The notes beneath the pieces are model-generated. The model was not told where the DNA came from, did no database searches, and saw nothing but the letters and a program-made list of their open reading frames with translations. The position numbers were made by a program, and so were the translations under genes. Positions 45,180-57,208 of a stretch of DNA of 64,000 nt are shown in pieces. This DNA is from an uncultured Clostridia bacterium (lineage in GTDB: Bacteria; Bacillota; Clostridia; Christensenellales; Aristaeellaceae): positions 7,915 through 71,914 of the forward strand of contig CAKUFI010000003.1 in the NCBI GenBank assembly GCA_934647305.1, read 5' to 3'. Positions within the stretch are counted from its first letter, which is position 1. Each line of letters opens with the position of its first letter.

Positions 45180-46493
45180 TCACTTCACGATCAGCTTCAT
45201 TTCGTCCAGGCCGTCCTGGGCGATATGAATGTCCTCGACCGGCTTACCGTTGACTCGAACCGCGTAAGTGCCGTAGAAGGCGCGGGTGGTCACGTAATCA
45301 CGCGTGTGGCTCTCGAGGGTCACGTTGGTGCGCCACTCCTCGTTGATCAGGCGCTGCAGCGTCTTAAACGCCTGTTTTTCGCGGTACTTGCCGTCGAGCA
45401 GGCCGTTGGTGGGCAGGTTCTCGTCCGGATGCTTCGTGGTCAGGATGCCGTTGTCCGGCAGGTTCCACCACACAATGCCCTGCACGCTTTTGTGGCTGAA
45501 GCACACGCGGTACAGGCTCTCGGCCAGCTCGGCCTGCAGCTCCTGATCCTCCACGCCCTCCCACTCGCTGGCCATGGAGATCTCGGAGATGTGGATCGGG
45601 CGGTTCAGGCGGCCGTAGGTGTCCAGCACGTTGTACAGCCGCTTCTGGTTGAATACGTTTTCAAAGCCGGTCGCCGGGCACAGGTGGCACTGCATGCCGA
45701 TCGCGTCGATGCGCACGCCCTCATTAAGCAGGTTTTTGATGTGCTGATAGTAGCCGCTGTACTCGCCGCGATAGTCGAAGAACGCCGCGCCCACCGTGTC
45801 GTTGAGGAACAGCCGGTTGGCCGGGAAATACCTGTTTGCCAGGTCGAAGATCCACCTGCAGTAGTCCTCCTCGAGCGCCAGGTGGTAAAAGCGGTCTTCC
45901 TTTCGCTGGTTGCAGTCAAAGATGCGGCTGGGCTCGTTGACCACGTCGAAGGAGCCGATCACGTCCGCGTAGCGCTCGGAAATCTCCCGAAAGCGCTTCA
46001 CCAGCAGGCGCTTGAGCTCCTGCGTGGTCGTGGGCAGCCAGTGGGGCACGAACTCATGCCAGAACAGCGGGTGGCCTTTCATGCGCAGGCCGGCCTTGCG
46101 GCAGTACTCGGTCACCAGGTCTGCCGGCGGGCGGCGGTAGCAGGGCTCTACGCCCTTTTCATAGCGCAGATACCCCTGCCTCGGCTCGGTGCCTTCCCAG
46201 TAAAAGGGCACCACGGCCAGGTTGAACAGCTTGGAAAACTCCTGCTTGTAGATCTCGTTTTCGTCGGGCGTGTCGTACTCGTCCAGCATGAAGATGTTGC
46301 AGCCGAAGTCGAAGTCGCTGGTCTTCTGGCGCAGCTCGACGGTGGCGTTCGTGAGCGGCTTGCCCTGCGCGTCCACCGGGTAGAGCTTCACAAAGCCCTT
46401 GCGGTTGGTCTCGGTATCCCGGCCGACTCGATCCTCAAAATACTCCCGCTCGGCATGAAGCGCCTCGCGGAATTTGCGCGCGGTTTCGGTCAT
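45180..46493 (-). CDS. Glycoside hydrolase family 10 endo-1,4-beta-xylanase-like, cytoplasmic
   Basis: FDVVNEP and RIDAIGMQCHL / IHISEIS blocks characteristic of GH10. AGGAGG SD. Confidence 0.75.
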   Translation of the reverse strand: MTETARKFREALHAEREYFEDRVGRDTETNRKGFVKLYPVDAQGKPLTNATVELRQKTSDFDFGCNIFMLDEYDTPDENEIYKQEFSKLFNLAVVPFYWEGTEPRQGYLRYEKGVEPCYRRPPADLVTEYCRKAGLRMKGHPLFWHEFVPHWLPTTTQELKRLLVKRFREISERYADVIGSFDVVNEPSRIFDCNQRKEDRFYHLALEEDYCRWIFDLANRYFPANRLFLNDTVGAAFFDYRGEYSGYYQHIKNLLNEGVRIDAIGMQCHLCPATGFENVFNQKRLYNVLDTYGRLNRPIHISEISMASEWEGVEDQELQAELAESLYRVCFSHKSVQGIVWWNLPDNGILTTKHPDENLPTNGLLDGKYREKQAFKTLQRLINEEWRTNVTLESHTRDYVTTRAFYGTYAVRVNGKPVEDIHIAQDGLDEMKLIVK

Positions 46494-46648
46494 GTGTCTT
46501 TCCTCCTGAATTCAAAGTGACCGCCGGCAGGCGGTGAGAAACCTTTCTACAGCACCATGATACACGCTTTGCGCGCAAATGTCAATCGCGGTTTGACACC
46601 TTCCGCGCGTTGTGCTATACTAAGACAAATGCTTCGGAGGAAATGACG

Positions 46649-47167
46649 ATGAAACTGATGATTGCGTCCGATATTCACGGTTCCGCCTATTACTGCCGAC
46701 TGCTGCTCGAGGCCTTCAGGCGCGAACAGGCCGACCGCCTGCTGCTGCTCGGCGACATACTCTACCACGGCCCGCGCAACGCCCTGCCCAGGGACTACGC
46801 GCCCCCCGAGGTCGCCGCCATGCTTAACCCGCTCAAGGATCGCATACTCTGCGTGCGCGGCAACTGCGACAGCGAGGTCGATCAAATGGTGCTCGCCTTC
46901 CCCGTGCTGGCCGACTACTGCCTGCTCGAGGTCAACGGCCGCACGCTCTTCGCCACCCACGGCCACCTCTACAACGAAGACCATCTCCCGCCCCTTGCCG
47001 AGGGCGACGTGCTGCTCAACGGCCACACCCATGTGCCCCACCTCACCCCCCACGAGCGCTACACCTTCGTCAACCCCGGCTCGGTCTCCATCCCCAAGGA
47101 AGACAGCGCCCACAGCTGCGTCCTCTTCGGCGAGGACGGCGAGTTCCGCTTCCTGACGCTGGAGTAA
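46649..47167 (+). CDS. Metallophosphoesterase, YfcE-like phosphodiesterase (MJ0936 family)
   Basis: Motifs SDIHGS, GDILYHGPRN, GNCDS, GHTHVP. GGAGG SD. Confidence 0.8.
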   Translation: MKLMIASDIHGSAYYCRLLLEAFRREQADRLLLLGDILYHGPRNALPRDYAPPEVAAMLNPLKDRILCVRGNCDSEVDQMVLAFPVLADYCLLEVNGRTLFATHGHLYNEDHLPPLAEGDVLLNGHTHVPHLTPHERYTFVNPGSVSIPKEDSAHSCVLFGEDGEFRFLTLE

Positions 47168-47171
47168 GGAA

Positions 47172-47380
47172 CGGGGGGCTACGTTGGGGAGGCCGCCTTT
47201 TTGACCGGGCAGTGCCCGGACCCACTTGCTGCCGCCGGATAACTGAAAGGTTGTCTTGCGTCAAAGCCTGCTGCGGACAGCCAACCCTCAGCCCCTCTCG
47301 AGCTCTCCCGAAAAGTACTATGATCTTCAAAACATATTTTCAGAAAGAAATGTGATTCCCCGAATGCAGCGCAGGAGGGG
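47172..47380. repeat. Family A unit followed by family B-tail (…CCCCTCTCGAGCTCTCCCGAAAAGTACTATGATC…CCCCGAATGCAGCGCAGGAGG) immediately 3' of the yfcE-like stop
   Basis: Sequence comparison with 15588-15650, 37328-37450 and 60705-61085. Confidence 0.7.
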
Positions 47381-47458
47381 AAAACGAGAAACGAGGGTCG
47401 TTTTTCTAAAAAAGCGTCGAGTACAGATACCACTCATCAAAACCGTATAACAAAAACG

Positions 47459-47508
47459 CACCGGGCAGCGGGCGGTCATCGCCTTGTCCGGTGTGTTTTT
47501 GTGCTTTT
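47459..47508 (+). terminator. Intrinsic terminator (CACCGGGCA...TGTCCGGTG stem + TGTTTTTGTGCTTTT) downstream of the repeat-containing yfcE 3' region
   Basis: 9-bp stem with one G-U, then a T-rich tract. This implies the repeats at 47172-47380 are transcribed as 3' UTR. Confidence 0.5.
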
Positions 47509-47689
47509 ACGGGGACTTTTTTCAGGAAGGCTCTGGGCGCGGGCATAAAACCTCTCCCGAAAGGGAACAGGCCGCAAGGCGGGATGCCGTCTCGTTCGAG
47601 GAACCGCGTTTCTCTTTTCCACTCCCACGCACCCACATCTCATTCGGGGAACCGCATCTCTCCAACAATCCTTCTTTTGCGGATCAATG

Positions 47690-47756
47690 TGTTTTCCGGG
47701 TGGGGCCTGGGGAGGCGCCTTTTTCAAAAAGGCGGCCTCCCCAGCGTTCCCCTCGT
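47690..47756. repeat. Family C-type hairpin (GGGTGGGGCCTGGGGAGGCGCC-TTTTTCAAAAA-GGCGGCCTCCCCAG) abutting the recG stop
   Basis: Related to 23395-23460 and 43415-43480 and to 50040-50100. Confidence 0.5.
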
Positions 47757-47762
47757 TCCCCC

Positions 47763-49766
<2,004 letters not shown>

Positions 49767-49899
49767 ACGATAAACCTCCTGTGGGAGAACGCTGGGGAGG
49801 CTGACGATCTGAGCAGGCAGCGCCAAAGCCCATTTGCCGCCCAGCCAGAAGAAATGCGGTCAGCCCCCTCTCAACCCCTCAGTCGCCTGCGGCGACAGC

Positions 49900-50235
49900 T
49901 CCCCTTTCAGGAGAGCCTCATGCCGGCGCGGAGCGGACGGAGATGTTCACAAACGCAGAATTCGGGAACTCCAATTGATGGTTCCCGAATTCATCGCCAG
50001 AATCCGCGGCAGCAAGTGTGTGGGCAACGCCCACCAGACAAACTTCGGTGGGGGTCTGGGGGAGCGCGAAGCGAAGCGGAGCCTCCCCCAGCGGGAGACG
50101 CTGCAATGCGGAACCACGCAGACCTTGGCCGCTTCAATCTATGGCGGCCAATGGTCGTCGCCAGAATCCGCGGCAGCAAGGGGCCGTCGGCCCTGCCGAC
50201 CGGCAGCACCGCCTCCAGGCTCAGCCTGGTAGATG
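49900..50235. repeat. Repeat island with two inverted-orientation family A units and a GTCGGCAGGGCCGAC palindrome; overlapped by the methyltransferase 3' end
   Basis: GAATTCGGGAACTCCAATTGATGGTTCCCGAATTC and GGCAGCAAGTG(T/G)G elements are reverse complements of family A modules. Confidence 0.7.
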
Positions 50236-50966
50236 CGGAGGTATTCGGCGGTGGGCGCGCCGTCGTCCGACTGGAGAATGAGCGGGGGCAGCCAGTGCAG
50301 CATCGAGCCGCCGCCCTTGATCGCCTCCACGAGCACCAGCTTGGGCGCGTCGCCCGCGCGGTGGTGGACGGTGCGCACTCGCTTGGGCTCGAGGCGGGCG
50401 TTTCGCATGGCGCACATCAGCTCCAGCATGCGCGGCGCTGGAAACACGACCGCAAACCGCCCGCCCGTTCGCAGCAGCCGAAAGGCGGAAAGGCACACGT
50501 CCTCAATGGTGCAGTCGCCCTCATGCCGCGCAATGCGCTCGGTTTCGCGCTCGCTGCGCAGCGTGCCGCCCGCCTTGCCGTAGGGCGGGTTGCAGACGGC
50601 CAGCGTGTATTTTTCACAGCCCAGGACGCGATGCGCCTGCCTGAAGTCCTCGCAGAGCACCGAAATCTGGTCCTCAAGGCCGTTGAGAAGCACGCTGCGA
50701 GCGGCTATATCAGCCATATCGGGCTGGATTTCCACCGCGGTGCAGCGGACATTTACCTGATGAGAGACGGCCAGCAGCGCGATCACGCCGGTGCCCGTAC
50801 CCAGGTCGACCATCTGCTCGCGGGGCCTGGGCTGCGCAAAGTCGGCCAGCAGCACCGCGTCGGTGCCATAATGAAAGGCCTTTTTCTTTTGCAGGATGAC
50901 GAGCGAGGGGCCATTCAGCTCCTCCAGCCGCTCGCCCTCCCGGATCAAAGCAGTCTGAATCCCCAT
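50139..50966 (-). CDS. Class I SAM-dependent N6-adenine-type methyltransferase (tRNA m6A37 TrmN6/YfiC-like or RsmD-like); C-terminal ~30 aa encoded by repeat DNA
   Basis: DLGTGTGVIAL SAM motif and NPPY catalytic motif. Start overlaps the P60 gene end by 22 nt. Confidence 0.55.
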   Translation of the reverse strand: MGIQTALIREGERLEELNGPSLVILQKKKAFHYGTDAVLLADFAQPRPREQMVDLGTGTGVIALLAVSHQVNVRCTAVEIQPDMADIAARSVLLNGLEDQISVLCEDFRQAHRVLGCEKYTLAVCNPPYGKAGGTLRSERETERIARHEGDCTIEDVCLSAFRLLRTGGRFAVVFPAPRMLELMCAMRNARLEPKRVRTVHHRAGDAPKLVLVEAIKGGGSMLHWLPPLILQSDDGAPTAEYLRIYQAEPGGGAAGRQGRRPLAAADSGDDHWPP

Positions 50967-53803
50967 GAGAAGTTACCATACGTCGAGAACCGGCTGATGA
51001 CCACCTGGCCGCGCACCGACGAGCAGTGGATAAACTGGTCGTCGCCCAGATAGATGCCCGCGTGGTCGCTCAGGTCGTCGTCGGTCTTGACCGTGTCGAA
51101 GATCAGCAGGTCGCCGCGCTCCAGCTTCTTCGGGTCGGTGATCTTGGGGTAAACCGTCATGTAGCCCTGCACGATCACGCGCCCGGAGATCTTCACACCC
51201 ACCTTGCCGTAGCAGTACTTGGTGTAGTTGGAGCAGTCGAAGGTGTCCGGCCCGCCCGAGTTGAGCACGTACCTGCAGCCCAGCTTGCTCTCGGCCACGG
51301 CGATCAGCTTCTCGATCTTCTCGGCGCGGGTGACCGCCTCGCGCTCCTCCAGCTCTCGCTGCACCTTGTCCTGATACTCCTTGAGCGTCAGGGCGTTTTT
51401 ATCGTTCATGGCGGCCCGGGTGGTCTTGTCGGCCGCGCCGGACTCAGTGAGCGCATGCGCCTTCTGGAACAGCCTGACCGCCGTCTCCAGCTCCGCGCCG
51501 TAGCTGCCGTCCAGCTTGCCGGTATAATAGCCCAGCGCGTTCAGGCGAACCTGTACCTGCCGCACCGCCTCGCCCTTGTCGCCCTTTTTGACCGCGCAGG
51601 TGCGATAGTACTCGGACAGGCTGATTCCCCCGCCCGCGTTAAGCAGCTTGCGCATGTCGGCCGTGATGTTCTTTTCGACGGTCAGGTCGTTCGCCTGGGC
51701 AAAGAGCCTGGCCGCGCGCAGCAGCGTCTCGCCGAAGCTGCCGTCCAGCGCGCCCGAATAGTAGCCCAGGTTGAGCAGCTGCCGCTGCACCGCGCGCACC
51801 GCCGCGCCCTTTTCGCCGTATTTGATCGGGCAGTAGGTCAGGTAGAGATCGTAGGACACCGCGTCGCTCGAGAAAATCTGAAGCCGGGTCTCCACGTCCG
51901 CCTTGCCGGTCACGGGAAGCGAATGCGCCGTCTGGAACAGCTTCACCGACGTGACCAGCGCGTTGTCAAAGGTGATGTTCACCTCGCCGGTATAGTAGCC
52001 CAGCACCTTGAGCCGGGTCTTGAGCAGGCGCACCGTGGTGGTCTTTTCGCCCTTGGAAATGACGCGCCTTGCGTCGTAGGCGGCGCGGGTGACCGCGTCG
52101 GGCGCGTTCATCTTCTTGCGGGTGTCGGTGTCGGCCTTGCCGGTGACGCGCAGGGATGCGGCGGTCTGGTAGGCCTTGACCGCGGTTTTTGTGTTCGCGT
52201 CGTAGCTGCCGGTCACGTCCCAGGCATAGAAGCCCAGCTGGATCAGGCGGGTCTGAAGCAGCTTGACCGCCTCGCCCTTACTGCCGGACTTGAGCGGGCA
52301 GAAGGTATCGTACTGCGCCCGGGTCACGCCGTTTCCTGCGTTGAGCAGCTTGCGGGTGGGCGCGTCGGCCTTGCCGGTTTTGCTCAGACTGTTGGCCATC
52401 TGGAAATCGCTCGCCGCCTGCGAGGTCGTCCTGTCGAAGCGGCCGGTGACCTCGCCGGTATAGTAGCCCAGGTCCTTCAGCTGGCGCTGCACCTGGCTGG
52501 CCGCGTCGCCCCTGTCGCCCACCGAAACCGGGCGAATCAGGTCGTATTCGGCCCTCGTGACCGCCTGCGCGCCGTTCATGACCTGCCGCGTGGACGCGTC
52601 GGCCGTGCCGGTGGCCTTGAGCGCGTTGGCCTGCTGAAAGAGCGAGACCGCGCTCTTGAGCGCCTTGTCATAGGTGCAGTCGATCGTGCCGGCGAAGTAT
52701 CCAAGGGCCGTCAGGCGCGCCTTGAGCACCCTCACCGCCGCGCTGGACGCGCCCGGCCGGAGCGCGAGCGCCTGATAATAGGCCGAGGAGTCCTTCGCCT
52801 GCTCGCCGTTCATCAGTGCGCGGGTCGCGCTGTCGGCTCTTCCGGTGGCCTTCAGCCCGTTGGCCGACTGGAACTCGGAAACCGCCGTGCGGGTTGCCTT
52901 GTCGTAGGACTCGGTCATCGTGCCGGCGAAGTAGCCCAGCTCGGCCAGCCGCGCCTTGAGCAGCTTCACCGCCGCGTTCTTCTCGCCGTACTTGAGCGGA
53001 CACACCTTGTCGTATTCTGAGGCGGGCAGCGCGTCCTGCGCGTTCATCCGCTTTCTGGTCGCCGCGTCAGCCTTTCCCGTGGCCTTCAGGCCGTGCGCCG
53101 TCTGAAAGCGCTTCACAGCCGCCTTGACCGCCGCTCCATATTTGCCGTCCGCCTCGCCGGTATAGTAGCCCAGCGCCCTGAGCCTCGTCTGCAGAAGCCG
53201 CACGGCCTCGCCCCTGCTGCCCGAGGACAGCGCGCAAAACGTCTGATACTCGGCAAAGGTCACGGCCGTCTCGCCGTTCATGAGTTTTCGGGTATTGCTG
53301 TCGGCGCTGCCGGTCGCCTTCAGGCCGTTCGCGGTCTGAAACGCCTTAACCGCCGACTTGACCGCGCTGGCGTACCTGCCGTCGACCTTGCCGTCATAGT
53401 AGCCCAGTGCGCTCAGGCGCTCCTGAAGCCGCTTCACGGCCTCGCCCTTACTGCCTGAGGACAGCGGGCAGAACTCGTCATACTGGCTCCTGGTGACCGC
53501 CAGCTCGCCGAAGAGCAGCTGCTGCTCCTCCCCGGTCAGCGAGCCGGTCTGCCGCAGGCCGTTGCCCGCCTGAAACAGCTTTGCCGCCGCGCGGGTCGCC
53601 GAGTCGAAGGTTTCGCTGGCCTTTCCATCGTAGTAGCCCAGCTCGGTCAGGCGGCGCTGCGCGGAAAGCACATCGTCCCCGCGCATGCCCATCTTGAGCG
53701 TTCTCGCCCCCTCGGCCCAGGCGGCGCCCAGGCACAGAGCCAGAAGCACCGCCGTCAGGCAGATCAGACCTTTCAGAAGCGAATGAGCAGAACGCGTCTT
53801 CAT
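50945..53803 (-). CDS. Secreted NlpC/P60 (C40) peptidase with ~12 tandem peptidoglycan-binding (PG_binding_1-like) repeats
   Basis: Signal peptide MKTRSAHSLLKGLICLTAVLLALCLGAAWA. Repeats of consensus LQxRLxxLGYYxGxxDGxYxxxxxxAVKxFQxANGLKATGxAD. C-terminal DCSNYTKYCY...HAGIYLGDDQFIHCSS catalytic Cys/His. AAAGGAG SD before ATG 53803; the track ORF carries a 114-aa junk extension. Confidence 0.8.
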   Translation of the reverse strand: MKTRSAHSLLKGLICLTAVLLALCLGAAWAEGARTLKMGMRGDDVLSAQRRLTELGYYDGKASETFDSATRAAAKLFQAGNGLRQTGSLTGEEQQLLFGELAVTRSQYDEFCPLSSGSKGEAVKRLQERLSALGYYDGKVDGRYASAVKSAVKAFQTANGLKATGSADSNTRKLMNGETAVTFAEYQTFCALSSGSRGEAVRLLQTRLRALGYYTGEADGKYGAAVKAAVKRFQTAHGLKATGKADAATRKRMNAQDALPASEYDKVCPLKYGEKNAAVKLLKARLAELGYFAGTMTESYDKATRTAVSEFQSANGLKATGRADSATRALMNGEQAKDSSAYYQALALRPGASSAAVRVLKARLTALGYFAGTIDCTYDKALKSAVSLFQQANALKATGTADASTRQVMNGAQAVTRAEYDLIRPVSVGDRGDAASQVQRQLKDLGYYTGEVTGRFDRTTSQAASDFQMANSLSKTGKADAPTRKLLNAGNGVTRAQYDTFCPLKSGSKGEAVKLLQTRLIQLGFYAWDVTGSYDANTKTAVKAYQTAASLRVTGKADTDTRKKMNAPDAVTRAAYDARRVISKGEKTTTVRLLKTRLKVLGYYTGEVNITFDNALVTSVKLFQTAHSLPVTGKADVETRLQIFSSDAVSYDLYLTYCPIKYGEKGAAVRAVQRQLLNLGYYSGALDGSFGETLLRAARLFAQANDLTVEKNITADMRKLLNAGGGISLSEYYRTCAVKKGDKGEAVRQVQVRLNALGYYTGKLDGSYGAELETAVRLFQKAHALTESGAADKTTRAAMNDKNALTLKEYQDKVQRELEEREAVTRAEKIEKLIAVAESKLGCRYVLNSGGPDTFDCSNYTKYCYGKVGVKISGRVIVQGYMTVYPKITDPKKLERGDLLIFDTVKTDDDLSDHAGIYLGDDQFIHCSSVRGQVVISRFSTYGNFSWGFRLL

Positions 53804-53832
53804 CTCAATCTTCTCCTTTGTATCCGGTACGG

Positions 53833-56800
53833 TCAGCCGACCAGGTAGATTTTCTTCAGGTATCCCTCTTTGCCGTCCACGCGGACGCGATACCATTCTC
53901 CGCTCTCGCCGAGGATGGCGGCCTTGTCGCCATTCTGCACGTAGCCCAGTGACTCCGTATCGGTCGACGGGCCCTTTCTCAGGTGAAGCGTGCCGTCGTT
54001 TTCGATATGGATGGTGGCCTCGCGCTCGGGCGCCTGCGTGGGCGCGGCGGTGGGTGCGGGCGTGGCCTCGGGGGCCTGCGCGCCGCCGTCCAGGTAGATC
54101 TTCTTCAGGTATCCCTCTTTGCCGTCCACGCGGACGCGGTACCATTCGCCGCTCTCGCCGAGGATGGTGGCTTTGTCGCCATTCTGCACGTAGCCCAGCG
54201 ACTCCGTATCGGTGCCCGGGCCCTTTCTCAGGTGAAGTGCGCCGCCGTTTTCGATCTGAATGGTCGCCTCGCGGCCGGTTTCGGGGGTCTGGGTAGGCGA
54301 AGCGGTGGGCGCGGCGGTCGGGCTCACGTCGCCGGTCACGCGCACATACGCCTTGGACAGGTAGCCCAGCGTGCCGTTGTAGTTTACGTGATACCAGTTT
54401 CCGCTCTCACCCAGCACGGTCACCTTCGTCCCGCCCGAAAGCCGGGTCAGGATCTTCGACGAGGTGCTGGCCTTTTCGCGAAGGTTCAGCCGCGAGCCGC
54501 TGATGTTCACCACGCCGGTTCGGCCGGTCTCGGGCGCCTGCGTCGGGGCGGCGGTGGGCTGGGAGGTGGGCGCGGCGGTCGGGGCAGTCGTTGGCGCGGC
54601 CGTCGGGGTCTCCTCGGTCACGCGCACATAGTCCCTGGACAGGTAGCCCAGCGTGCCGTTGTAGTTTACGTGATACCAGTTTCCGCTCTCGCCCAGCACC
54701 GTCACCTTCGTTCCGCCCGAAAGCCGCGCCAAAATCTTCGACGAGGTGCTGGCCTTCTGACGCAGGTTCAGCCTCGAGCCGCTGATATTCACCACGCCGC
54801 CTCGCCCGGTCTCCGGGGTCTGCGTGGGCTCGGGCGTGGGTTCAGGCGCGGGGGTCGCGGTCGCCTGCGCGCCGAAGATCAGCTTCTGCAGCTCGGGCGT
54901 GGCGACGCCGTCCGGGTTCAGGCCGTTTGCCCGCTGGAAGGCCTGCACCGCCTCCTGGGTCTTGGCCAGGTAGTTGCCGCCGATCTCGCCGTCGAAGTAG
55001 CCCAGCTCCTTCAGCCTGCGCTGAAGCGCCTTGACCGCCTCGCCGCTGCTGCCGTAGGACAGCGTCTCGCCGTCGGGCGCGGGCGTTTCGGAGGGCGCGG
55101 GGGTGGCCGTCGCCTCGATCATCTTGAGGTAGGTGGTCATCACATAGCCCTCGAGCGATTCGGTGCGGATCTGCGACCAGCTGCCGCTCGCGCCCAGCAC
55201 CTCGACCTGCGTGCCGTGGGTCACCCGGCCGACGATCTTATGGCCGGTGCCCGGCCCCTTGCGCACGTTCAGCCGCACGCCGCTATTGGGCATCTGGATG
55301 AGCGCCAGCGGGTACTGCGGCGCGGGGGTGGGCGTCGGCTGCTCGCCGCCCTGGGCCTCCTGCGCGATGCGCTTTTGCAGCTCGGGGGTGGCCACGCCGT
55401 CCGCCGTCAGGCCGCGCGCAGTCTGATAGGCCTTGACCGCCTGCTCGGTCAGCGTCAGATAGTTGCCGCCGATGCTGCCCTCGAAGAAGCCCAGGGCCTG
55501 CAGGTTGCGCTGCAGCTCCTTAACCGCCTCGCCGCTGCTGCCGTAGGACAGCGTCTCTTCAGGGTCGGTGTCGCCGCCGATGACCTCGCCGCCCGCGCCA
55601 TACAGGCTCTCGCCCAGCGAACGCGTGGCTACCGTCGTGCCCGGATAATAGAAGGAAAGGATGTCCCTGTAGCTCTTGCCGTACGCGCTGGCCATCTGCT
55701 GCGCGCCGCGCTGGCTCATGCCCACGCCGTGCCCGAATCGCCGGAAGCTCAGCGTAAAGGCCGCGCCGCTCTCCTCGACCGAAACAATCTCGTTGCTGGA
55801 GCTGTTGATCGACAGGCCCAGCATGTCCTCCACCCCGCCGAAGGTGGCCAGGTTCACGGTCGCCTGAGCGGTTTTGCTGCCGTCGGTCGCGGTCAGAGTA
55901 AAGCGGAGCTTCGTATAGACCCGGCTGGGGGCAGCGTACTTGGGCGTGTGCGGCGTCACCTCGGAAATCCCGGTGATTTTGCGCCCGGAGGACTTCAGGC
56001 CAGCCGAGGTGAGCTGCGAATCGGCCGCGTCCAGCAGCGCCTGAGAAAGCGCCGCGCTCACGCTGCCGTTTTTCGGAATCAGCGCGCTCTTAACCCGGCT
56101 GCCGGGGTTTTCCAGGTCGTACGGGTCGTCCTTGACCACCAGATACGACGCCGAGCCGCCCCAGATGTTGGCGGTGCTCTCGGTCTGGCCGCCGTTGCTG
56201 GCGGTGTAGAAGCACTGGGCGTACGCGCCCGAGCCGGTGGTCAGGCACACGCCGCGCGTGCCGTCCACGGCGCTGATGACGTTTTTCTGGCTGGAGGAAT
56301 AGCCGTAGAATACCTGGCTGTTCGTGTTGTCGGTCACGTCGTAGCTGCCCGAGGATTTCTTCGCGCGCAGGGCATAGGTACGCGCGGCGATCGCCTGGGT
56401 CTTGAGCGCCTCAATCGGGTAGCTGTTGGACATTTCGTAGCCCACCACGCCGTAAAGGTAGGTCTCGATGTACATCCTCGCCACCGTCTGGATGCCGCCG
56501 TTGACCGAGAAGATCAGGTCGGCGTGGAAGGTGTTGGACTTTGAGGGCGAGGTGAATTTCACGCTGCTCGACAGGCCGCCCGACAGGCGGTTAAGCGCGA
56601 TCTGCGAGCCGCTGGTCACCGTCTGGCCGTTGACCGACAGCGTCAGGCCCGAGCCGCTCTGCGCGACCGTCACCGTCGAGCCGCTGGCGATCGTCTTGCC
56701 CGCGCAGGCATAGCCGCCGCTGGTCTTAAGGGTGATGCTTGACAGGCCGCTGCCCAGCTTGGTCAGCTTGACGCGGATCATGCCGTCCCCGGCCGCCTGC

Positions 56801-56916
56801 GCGGCCGGCGCGGGCAGGATTGTCAGCAGCAGCAGTGCCGCCATCAGGCAGCAGAGCAGGCGCATCGGCCAGGTTTTTCGCCTCTCGTGGGGTTTCTTGT
56901 GCGTTCGGTTGTTCAC
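53833..56916 (-). CDS. Secreted SpoIID/LytB-domain protein with two PG-binding repeats and five SH3b-like repeats separated by Pro/Thr/Ala linkers
   Basis: GTG start with GAAGGAGG SD. Basic n-region + hydrophobic signal peptide. SpoIID block YPIEALKTQAIAARTYALR. SH3b repeats VNISGSRLNLRQKASTSSKILARLSGGTKVTVLGESGNWYHVNYNGTLGYLS. Confidence 0.8.
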   Translation of the reverse strand: MNNRTHKKPHERRKTWPMRLLCCLMAALLLLTILPAPAAQAAGDGMIRVKLTKLGSGLSSITLKTSGGYACAGKTIASGSTVTVAQSGSGLTLSVNGQTVTSGSQIALNRLSGGLSSSVKFTSPSKSNTFHADLIFSVNGGIQTVARMYIETYLYGVVGYEMSNSYPIEALKTQAIAARTYALRAKKSSGSYDVTDNTNSQVFYGYSSSQKNVISAVDGTRGVCLTTGSGAYAQCFYTASNGGQTESTANIWGGSASYLVVKDDPYDLENPGSRVKSALIPKNGSVSAALSQALLDAADSQLTSAGLKSSGRKITGISEVTPHTPKYAAPSRVYTKLRFTLTATDGSKTAQATVNLATFGGVEDMLGLSINSSSNEIVSVEESGAAFTLSFRRFGHGVGMSQRGAQQMASAYGKSYRDILSFYYPGTTVATRSLGESLYGAGGEVIGGDTDPEETLSYGSSGEAVKELQRNLQALGFFEGSIGGNYLTLTEQAVKAYQTARGLTADGVATPELQKRIAQEAQGGEQPTPTPAPQYPLALIQMPNSGVRLNVRKGPGTGHKIVGRVTHGTQVEVLGASGSWSQIRTESLEGYVMTTYLKMIEATATPAPSETPAPDGETLSYGSSGEAVKALQRRLKELGYFDGEIGGNYLAKTQEAVQAFQRANGLNPDGVATPELQKLIFGAQATATPAPEPTPEPTQTPETGRGGVVNISGSRLNLRQKASTSSKILARLSGGTKVTVLGESGNWYHVNYNGTLGYLSRDYVRVTEETPTAAPTTAPTAAPTSQPTAAPTQAPETGRTGVVNISGSRLNLREKASTSSKILTRLSGGTKVTVLGESGNWYHVNYNGTLGYLSKAYVRVTGDVSPTAAPTASPTQTPETGREATIQIENGGALHLRKGPGTDTESLGYVQNGDKATILGESGEWYRVRVDGKEGYLKKIYLDGGAQAPEATPAPTAAPTQAPEREATIHIENDGTLHLRKGPSTDTESLGYVQNGDKAAILGESGEWYRVRVDGKEGYLKKIYLVG

Positions 56917-57208
56917 CGCGGGTGTACCTCCTTCGTTTTTTCGCGCTTCGGTTTATGCGCTATGGGGCGTATTCCGGCGACTCTGGGCCGGGGTTTTCTT
57001 CCGTTTTTCAGGGTAAAGCGGGCAGGGCCTCTCCCCTTTTTCGGGGACTACACCTCGCCTATATTCATATGTTTCGACGCAGTTACACTTTCTCCTGCCG
57101 CAAAATGTAATTTCTAAATAATTCCGTCATACATTCGAAATACCATGATGTTTCGAAAACAAAAAGGAACGCCCGCTTTTCAGTGGACGTCCCTCTTTCA
57201 GTTTTCGC

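Noticed and set aside
51026-56544. Plus-strand ORFs 51026..53020 and 53983..56544
   Set aside because: Antisense to the P60 and SpoIID-like genes. Repetitive G/R/A-rich.
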